Below, in pieces: positions 41,152-47,089 of a stretch of 47,089 nt of DNA. Position 1 is the stretch's first letter. The number at the start of each line of letters is the position of its first letter. Location of the stretch: assembly GCA_012519815.1 (NCBI GenBank), contig JAAYPM010000110.1, forward strand, positions 1 to 47,089, given 5' to 3'. The stretch comes from Bacteroidales bacterium (GTDB taxonomy: Bacteria > Bacteroidota > Bacteroidia > Bacteroidales > UBA1715). The notes beneath the pieces were generated by a model. It had not been told where the DNA came from. It ran no database searches and saw only the letters and a list, made by a program, of their open reading frames with translations. The position numbers and the translations under genes were made by a program.

Positions 41152-41166
41152 CAACCAATCGTAGTA

Positions 41167-42477
41167 TTATATCGTTCCTAAATATAATTCAAAAACAGAT
41201 ATGTTCAAAAGAAGTGTATAATTCTCCAAGTTTAATTCTAATTCAGCATTTATTTTTTTATTTTCAGAAATAAGATAGTCTGTAATTGATAATTTTCCAG
41301 ATTTGTACTGCTTGGTTCTCATTTCATAAATTTCAGTATATAGATTAACCTCTTCATTTCGTGAATGTATTTTCTTTTTTTGCACTTCTATTGTTTCAAT
41401 TAAAATTTCAATATCTCGATATATCTTGTTTTTTATAATTTGTTTATCTAAAATCGAATTCTCAAGTTTGATTCCGTTTTCAAATATTTTTTGTTTAATA
41501 GAATGTCTGCTATATAGAGGAATTACTAACGAAAAACCTACTTGATATGCAAAATTATCTTTGAATTGATTATTAAAGTTATAATTTATTCCTCCTGATG
41601 AACTAACTGCAACATCTGAATAAGAAGAGTATAAAGACGCATTTGTTGTTAGGTAGGGATAATAATGACTTTTTATTATTGAAAGATTTTCTTTATGAAA
41701 TATTGAATCTTGTATTGCACGTTGAATTTGTGGAGAAGTTTCAAGTATTTTGTTACAATAATCTTTTATATTTAAATCATTCATTGTTAGCTTTGTATTG
41801 TCTTTTATTATATCAATTTCAAAAATTGAATCTAAAGGAAAATTCATTGCCTTTTTGAGTAAGACATTTGCTTTTTTAATATTTATTTCAGTTTGTAACA
41901 AATTGCTATGTACACTTTTATAACGAGCTTTTATTTCATAAAGGTCAATTACAGATATTTTGCCTTGCGAAACCATTTCTTGAATTATCTGTATTTGTTT
42001 TGAGATATTTTCAAGTGAATATAGAATTATTCGATTATTTTCAATTGCAAGTAGGAGTTCATAATATGCATATATTACTTCTCTTTTTATATCTTGCTCT
42101 ATAATTTCTAATTCTGTTATACTCATTTCATTCAATAAAATATTTTGCTTTATTTTCAAAATAGTTTGCATTCCATTAAATATAACTAATTGGGAATTTA
42201 AAGAATAATTTCCTATTTGATACGAAGAATAATTTCCATTATTTTCTGAAAAATCTTTTGCTTTATTATATTGGTGCCCTGTTTCAATATTTATTGAGGG
42301 TAATAGGTTATATTTTGAATATATTACATTCTGTTGAGAAAGCACAATATAATTATGTGATTTTTTTAGTTCAATTCTATTTTGCAAAGCATAATCAATA
42401 CATTTTTGCAGATTGAAATTTTGACATTGTGCTACAATATTTATGAAAGCGAAAGAAAAAATAAATAATAATCTCAT
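41167..42477 (-). CDS. TolC-family outer-membrane efflux protein
   Basis: L..CI.YAL.N, LP.I, IFNG, Y..LL.A, YP.L, G.SL.IPLY and Y..G..S..D motifs; start overlaps the ABC gene stop. Confidence 0.88.
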   Translation of the reverse strand: MRLLFIFSFAFINIVAQCQNFNLQKCIDYALQNRIELKKSHNYIVLSQQNVIYSKYNLLPSINIETGHQYNKAKDFSENNGNYSSYQIGNYSLNSQLVIFNGMQTILKIKQNILLNEMSITELEIIEQDIKREVIYAYYELLLAIENNRIILYSLENISKQIQIIQEMVSQGKISVIDLYEIKARYKSVHSNLLQTEINIKKANVLLKKAMNFPLDSIFEIDIIKDNTKLTMNDLNIKDYCNKILETSPQIQRAIQDSIFHKENLSIIKSHYYPYLTTNASLYSSYSDVAVSSSGGINYNFNNQFKDNFAYQVGFSLVIPLYSRHSIKQKIFENGIKLENSILDKQIIKNKIYRDIEILIETIEVQKKKIHSRNEEVNLYTEIYEMRTKQYKSGKLSITDYLISENKKINAELELNLENYTLLLNISVFELYLGTI

Positions 42478-44651
42478 ATTGTTCCTTCTTTATGATCATT
42501 CATAAATACAGGTAACTGTTTTTGCCACATTTCCCAATATTTACCTTTTGATTTATACAGTTTTGAATGAGAGCCATGTTCAAGAAGATTTCCATTTTCT
42601 AATACAACAATCTCATCAGCATTTACAACTGTACTTAATCGGTGTGCAATTATAATAATTGTTTTTCCTTCATTTCGTAAATTATCAATTGTTGTCTGAA
42701 CAAATTGTTCTGATTCTGAATCTAATGCAGATGTTGCTTCGTCAAGTATAAGTATTTCAGGATTTTTGTATAATGCCCTTGCAATAGCCAAACGTTGTTT
42801 TTGACCTCCCGACAATGATGCTCCATTTTCTCCTATATACGTATTGAATCCAGCAGGTAATTTTTCTATAAAATCAATCATTCCTAGTTGAGTACAGATA
42901 GAAACAATTCTTTCCATATCGGGATTAAACTCACCTAATGCAATATTTTCAACAACATTGCCTGCAAACAGATTTAATTGTTGTGGTACACTTGCAACCA
43001 TATTTCTCAAACTTACATTATCGAAACATTCAATATTATGATTACCGACTACAATTTTTCCCGTTTTTAACGGGTATAATTTTTGCAATAGTGAAACTAT
43101 TGTTGTTTTTCCCGAACCACTTTCTCCAATTATTGCAGTCATCTTTGATTTTTGAATTACTAATGAAAAATTTTCAAAAACATCTACTCGACTACCATAA
43201 CTAAACGAAATATTTTCAAACCTGATATCGCCAATCATTTCTTTAGAAAAAGTAATTTTATTTTCATCGTTTTCTCTTTCTAAATCCATAATTTCAAATA
43301 AACGGTCTGCAGCAATCAGTGCATTTTGAATGATTTTATTTAATCCTATTAGTTGGGTTACCGGAGCAGTAAAGTAGCCAATAATTGCATAAAATGAAAG
43401 CAATTCTCCTGGAGTAATAGTGTTATCAACAACGTAATATGTACCTATCCATAAAATAATAATAGTAAAAACACGACTTAAAAATTCTGAGGAGTGATGA
43501 GAAAATAAAGCATTAAGAGATGATTTATAAATTGACTTCAAAAGTTCTATAAACCTCGTTTCTGTTTTAATATTTGCAAATGGTTCTATACCAAATTGCT
43601 TTATTGTTTTTACTGAGTTTAATGATTCAACCAACTGACTTTCAAGCTCTGCGGCATGCTCCATCAATTTTCGTTCACGTTTCTTATTTAATCTGTTTGT
43701 TACAACATATATTATTGAGTAGAGTGGTATAATAATTAACAGAATCAATGCAAGTTTCCAACTGTATATAAACATTAATGTAAATGAAAATATCACAATA
43801 AATACATTAACAATTAAAGTAATAATAGAATCGTTAATAAATGTTCTGATTTTTGCTGCGTCATTTATTCGAGAAATAATTTCACCAACACGCATTGTGT
43901 CAAAAAAACGTTGAGGAAGCTTTAAGAGGTGTTTGTAATATCCTAATATAAGCTGTGCGTCCATTCTTTGCCCCGTTTTGAGCATAAAAACATCTTTTGT
44001 TGCACCTATAAATAATTGTAATAATAAAATTACAATCATTATAACTCCCATTAAATTAAGCAGATTAGTGTTTTTATTTACAAATACATTATCAACAAGT
44101 TTTTGAATAAAAATTGATGTTGAAAGTCCGAGAATAGTATAAATACAAGCTCCAAACAACGATTGTACAACTACACTTTGATGTGGTTTTAAAAGATACC
44201 AAAATCGCTTATATATTGATGTCGTGTCGTCTTTTTCTATAAAATTTTCATTCGGAACAAGTAACACTAATACATTTGTCCATATTTTAGTAAACTCTTC
44301 TAAGGATTTTGTATGTAAATGTCCGTCTGCAGGATCCATATATTGAATATTCCCGTTTTTAACCGAATATAAAACAACATAATGAGCTAATTTTTCATCT
44401 ATTACAACATGTACAATTGCAGGAAGAGGTATTTTTAACAATGCCTCAACATTACCCTTTACTCCTTTTGCCGAAAATCCTAATTTTTCGGCAGCTTGAA
44501 TTAGTCCAAGTATATTAGTCCCCTTTTGGTCTGTTCCTGCATACTGACGAATGCGTGCTACGGGAATTTTTAAATTATAATAATTTGCAACCGAAGCTAA
44601 ACAAGCTGCACCACAATCAGTAATATCGCGTTGTTTTATTTTTATACTCAT
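42474..44651 (-). CDS. Peptidase-containing ABC transporter (C39, PCAT)
   Basis: QRDITDCGAACL (catalytic Cys), HYVV, DPA; transmembrane domain; GESGSGKT, LSGGQ, ILILDE and IAHR motifs. Confidence 0.96.
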   Translation of the reverse strand: MSIKIKQRDITDCGAACLASVANYYNLKIPVARIRQYAGTDQKGTNILGLIQAAEKLGFSAKGVKGNVEALLKIPLPAIVHVVIDEKLAHYVVLYSVKNGNIQYMDPADGHLHTKSLEEFTKIWTNVLVLLVPNENFIEKDDTTSIYKRFWYLLKPHQSVVVQSLFGACIYTILGLSTSIFIQKLVDNVFVNKNTNLLNLMGVIMIVILLLQLFIGATKDVFMLKTGQRMDAQLILGYYKHLLKLPQRFFDTMRVGEIISRINDAAKIRTFINDSIITLIVNVFIVIFSFTLMFIYSWKLALILLIIIPLYSIIYVVTNRLNKKRERKLMEHAAELESQLVESLNSVKTIKQFGIEPFANIKTETRFIELLKSIYKSSLNALFSHHSSEFLSRVFTIIILWIGTYYVVDNTITPGELLSFYAIIGYFTAPVTQLIGLNKIIQNALIAADRLFEIMDLERENDENKITFSKEMIGDIRFENISFSYGSRVDVFENFSLVIQKSKMTAIIGESGSGKTTIVSLLQKLYPLKTGKIVVGNHNIECFDNVSLRNMVASVPQQLNLFAGNVVENIALGEFNPDMERIVSICTQLGMIDFIEKLPAGFNTYIGENGASLSGGQKQRLAIARALYKNPEILILDEATSALDSESEQFVQTTIDNLRNEGKTIIIIAHRLSTVVNADEIVVLENGNLLEHGSHSKLYKSKGKYWEMWQKQLPVFMNDHKEGTI

Positions 44652-45788
44652 TTACTTTGATACAATTTTGGGATTCATCCAATCATCAACTTTGTCAAAC
44701 AGCAATTGCCAAAGTGTTCGTTCAATAAGATAAAAACGAGCAGTAATAGTCATTCCTTTTTGAAAATCGCCTTCAAATCCATTTTTAAGTTTTAAATTTT
44801 TGCTTATTAAAGCACATCGAATTGGAAAAATTGCAGATTCTTGTAGTGTTTGTATGTCTGGTGAAATTTCTAAAACTCTTCCCTTCGCTAAACCCCATTG
44901 GTTATAATCATATGCATCAAATTGAAACATAACATCTTGATATTTTCTAATAAATCCGATATCAGATGGTTGTACATAACATTCTACAATTAAGCTATCA
45001 TTGTTTGAAATATAAGCTATTGTTTGTCCTGGGGTTACAAAACTACCGATACCTATCCCTGCACACTGAACAATATTACCTGAAAACGGAGCAGTAATTA
45101 TATAATTTTTCTTTTCTTCTTCAAGTTGTGATATTTGAGAATACAACTCATTGTTTTCAATTTCTAATCGGTTTTTTTCAGTTTCAAGATTTGCTTTAAA
45201 TTGTAATTTTTGTATTGAAAGTTTTTCAGATGCAGATTCATAGTGATTTTTTACTTGCAGATATTCTTGCTTAGGAGTTATGTTTTTTTTATATAAATTT
45301 TCAGAAACTCGCAATTCTGTTTTTAAATATGCTATATTTTTAGACATCTCTTCAACTATTGAATTATGATATTTCAATTCTTGTAAATATTTTGAAGAAT
45401 GTATTATTATATTATCTAATAAAATCGACTGTATATCGGTTATAAAAATTTGATTTTCAGCGACTTTTTCTTGTAGTCTTGTAATTTGTTCATTAAGTTT
45501 AGCACTATTAAAAGTGAGCAATGTATCACCTTTTTGAACACTTGCATTTTCTTTTACACTTATTTTTTCTACTTGTGCATAAACAACTGGTTGTAATGGC
45601 GTATTTTCAAAAGAGCTTTTTACTATTCCACGAGCTTGTGTTGTAATATTTACTGAAATAAAAGGCAATAAGAAACAAGCAATACATACTATAGAAATTA
45701 CTGTAATATATATAGTTTTAGTTTTTACTTTATTACATATGTGATGTAATTCTACTGAATTATTGATAATTTCGGGAGGGAAAAGCAT
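44652..45788 (-). CDS. HlyD-family membrane fusion protein
   Basis: Single N-terminal TM segment, V.E...V.KGD.L, coiled coil, I.AP.SG, DIG.I...Q.V....DAY.Y..WG and GM...A motifs. Confidence 0.93.
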   Translation of the reverse strand: MLFPPEIINNSVELHHICNKVKTKTIYITVISIVCIACFLLPFISVNITTQARGIVKSSFENTPLQPVVYAQVEKISVKENASVQKGDTLLTFNSAKLNEQITRLQEKVAENQIFITDIQSILLDNIIIHSSKYLQELKYHNSIVEEMSKNIAYLKTELRVSENLYKKNITPKQEYLQVKNHYESASEKLSIQKLQFKANLETEKNRLEIENNELYSQISQLEEEKKNYIITAPFSGNIVQCAGIGIGSFVTPGQTIAYISNNDSLIVECYVQPSDIGFIRKYQDVMFQFDAYDYNQWGLAKGRVLEISPDIQTLQESAIFPIRCALISKNLKLKNGFEGDFQKGMTITARFYLIERTLWQLLFDKVDDWMNPKIVSK

Positions 45789-46816
45789 TATTCAATAGCG
45801 TTAAAAAATTGGATTAAGAAAAAATGATATGTGTAGAGATTATGTATATCAACCGAATTTTGATTATCTCTAAAACTATGAATTTTACCAAAACCAATAG
45901 GAGAAATAGGGCTTATATGTTCAGAGGCGCTAAACTTAAAATTATCGGTAAAGTTAATTACAGGCTTTGCTTCTTTTTTTACTGTAAAATAACTTTTCTG
46001 CGGAACAAAAGCTCCCAAAACATTAACCATAAAAGAAATTGAAAAATCTTTTATAAAACTCTGTCCCTTAAACGAATAAAAATCTGCCAAGGCTCCTTTG
46101 GGTAATGTGTTTTTATGAGTTTTAATATCGTGTGTACTACCAATAGAATCTGCTATAGAAATAAGAATTGGATCGCTTACATTTTCAGTAATTGATATTC
46201 CTTTACTATCTTTAGCACCAACCATGTCTATATTTATGGCAAAATATACACGTTTCCATTCTTCTTTTGTTAAACCAGAAATATGTCTGCGAACACCTCT
46301 TAAACCATATTCTTCTTGGGCAGTAAACAAAAATCTATACGTATATTTTGTTGGTTTATCTTTCAAATGGTTTAACAAAGATAGATTAAGTACTACACCT
46401 GTTCCATTATCATAATACCCATCAGACAAATATATATGTGAAAGCAAAATATCTGCTCCACCATTAAAAATGGTATTAATTGTTGTTACTATATTGTTGC
46501 TTATTTTATCATAATGACTAACGATATAAATTATAGAATCACTTTTTCCTTTTTTTTCTACAATTATATTTTTATATAAACCTAACCAATCAACAGATTC
46601 TGTTATAAGTGAAATTTCATTTGAAGTGTCAATGAGAGATTTTATATATTTATATCTTTTTTGATTTCCCCCTTTACTTAAATTGTGTAAGTGATTAGAA
46701 TAAAAGCACGTATCATATATTTCATGAAAATGATTTTGAGAAAATATATCATATGTAAATGAAAGAATAAAAAAGAGAATAAAAATATATTTGTTTTTCA
46801 TAAAATTAAGAATCAT
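45788..46816 (-). CDS. Secreted M28-family zinc metallopeptidase
   Basis: Signal peptide MKNKYIFILFFILSFTYDIFS|Q (start 46801 or 46816); SHYD, DNGTG, AQEEYGLRG, NIDMVG and IHS..D ligand motifs. Confidence 0.85.
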   Translation of the reverse strand: MILNFMKNKYIFILFFILSFTYDIFSQNHFHEIYDTCFYSNHLHNLSKGGNQKRYKYIKSLIDTSNEISLITESVDWLGLYKNIIVEKKGKSDSIIYIVSHYDKISNNIVTTINTIFNGGADILLSHIYLSDGYYDNGTGVVLNLSLLNHLKDKPTKYTYRFLFTAQEEYGLRGVRRHISGLTKEEWKRVYFAINIDMVGAKDSKGISITENVSDPILISIADSIGSTHDIKTHKNTLPKGALADFYSFKGQSFIKDFSISFMVNVLGAFVPQKSYFTVKKEAKPVINFTDNFKFSASEHISPISPIGFGKIHSFRDNQNSVDIHNLYTYHFFLIQFFNAIE

Positions 46817-46822
46817 AGTTTT

Positions 46823-46861
46823 TTATACAGAGACTATTTATAAAAAACAGTCTCTGTATAA
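46823..46861. repeat. Perfect 13-bp inverted repeat (intergenic stem-loop) between precursor and M28 gene
   Basis: TTATACAGAGACT (46823-46835), 13-nt loop, AGTCTCTGTATAA (46849-46861). Confidence 0.85.
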
Positions 46862-46865
46862 GTAT

Positions 46866-47012
46866 TTATTTTTTTCTACCCCATATAATATAAGCGACAG
46901 CAGCAATTACAAATGAACCGCAAATAACAACAGTTAATCCGCCATTTATCTCTTTTGTTTCTTTTTCATTAAGTTCTTCAAGACCTAATTCTTTTACATC
47001 AAAATTTTTCAT
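46866..47012 (-). CDS. Double-glycine leader peptide precursor (bacteriocin-like), 48 aa
   Basis: Below the ORF-track size cutoff. Translation MKNFDVKELGLEELNEKETKEINGG|LTVVICGSFVIAAVAYIIWGRKK*; the EL.EKE..EINGG leader is typical of PCAT substrates, and the gene lies upstream of HlyD/PCAT/TolC on the same strand. Confidence 0.88.
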   Translation of the reverse strand: MKNFDVKELGLEELNEKETKEINGGLTVVICGSFVIAAVAYIIWGRKK

Positions 47013-47080
47013 TTTAAATAATTTTAATTTATTAATAATAAGTTAATTAGTGATAGTGTTGGCCATTACTTTTCACGCAT

Positions 47081-47088
47081 CAAACATA
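47081..47088 (-). promoter_or_regulatory. Candidate -7 box for the peptide operon
   Basis: TATGTTTG on the minus strand, 68 nt upstream of the precursor ATG; the -33 element would fall outside the window. Confidence 0.4.
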
Positions 47089-47089
47089 C

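Noticed and set aside
46440-46500. INTIFNGG inside the M28 insertion resembling the precursor's EINGG cleavage motif
   Set aside because: A three-residue match without the acidic leader helix, in a Sec-exported protein; most likely coincidence.
47049-47070. Imperfect hairpin in the precursor 5' leader region
   Set aside because: Short with a mismatch; cannot be distinguished from chance, and context is cut by the window edge.
1-47089. CRISPR arrays, tRNA/rRNA genes, riboswitches, prophage or anti-phage defence genes
   Set aside because: Intergenic spaces are short and AT-rich, and no spaced repeats, cloverleafs or such protein motifs were recognised by eye. A covariance-model search was not possible.

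Overview
AT-rich chromosomal window from a Bacteroidota (probably Bacteroidales) bacterium. This is inferred from recurrent TAnnTTTG -7 promoter boxes, signal peptides ending before Gln, a T9SS C-terminal domain, fused SecDF and DUF5686/DUF2027 genes. Positions 1-41050 are mostly housekeeping and envelope genes (secDF, dxs, cysH, tsaC, dapL, polyprenyl synthase, two tandem lgt, ahcY, lysC, skp, tadA, aspS, queA). The ORF track misses two real genes: a >1679-aa RCC1-repeat/Ig-like secreted protein running off the left edge (1-5037, minus) and a 48-aa double-glycine leader peptide precursor at the right edge (46866-47012, minus). Most notable: (1) a compact peptide-export operon (GG precursor, hairpin, secreted M28 metallopeptidase, HlyD, C39 ABC transporter, TolC) ending beside an orphan IS3-like end; (2) a T9SS-secreted alkaline phosphatase built from one catalytically stripped and one intact AP domain; (3) a tandem-domain SiaB kinase with two SiaC paralogs but no SiaA/SiaD in view; (4) tandem lgt paralogs. 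No rRNA, tRNA, CRISPR array or intact transposase was recognised. All calls come from reading motifs by eye, with no database searches.
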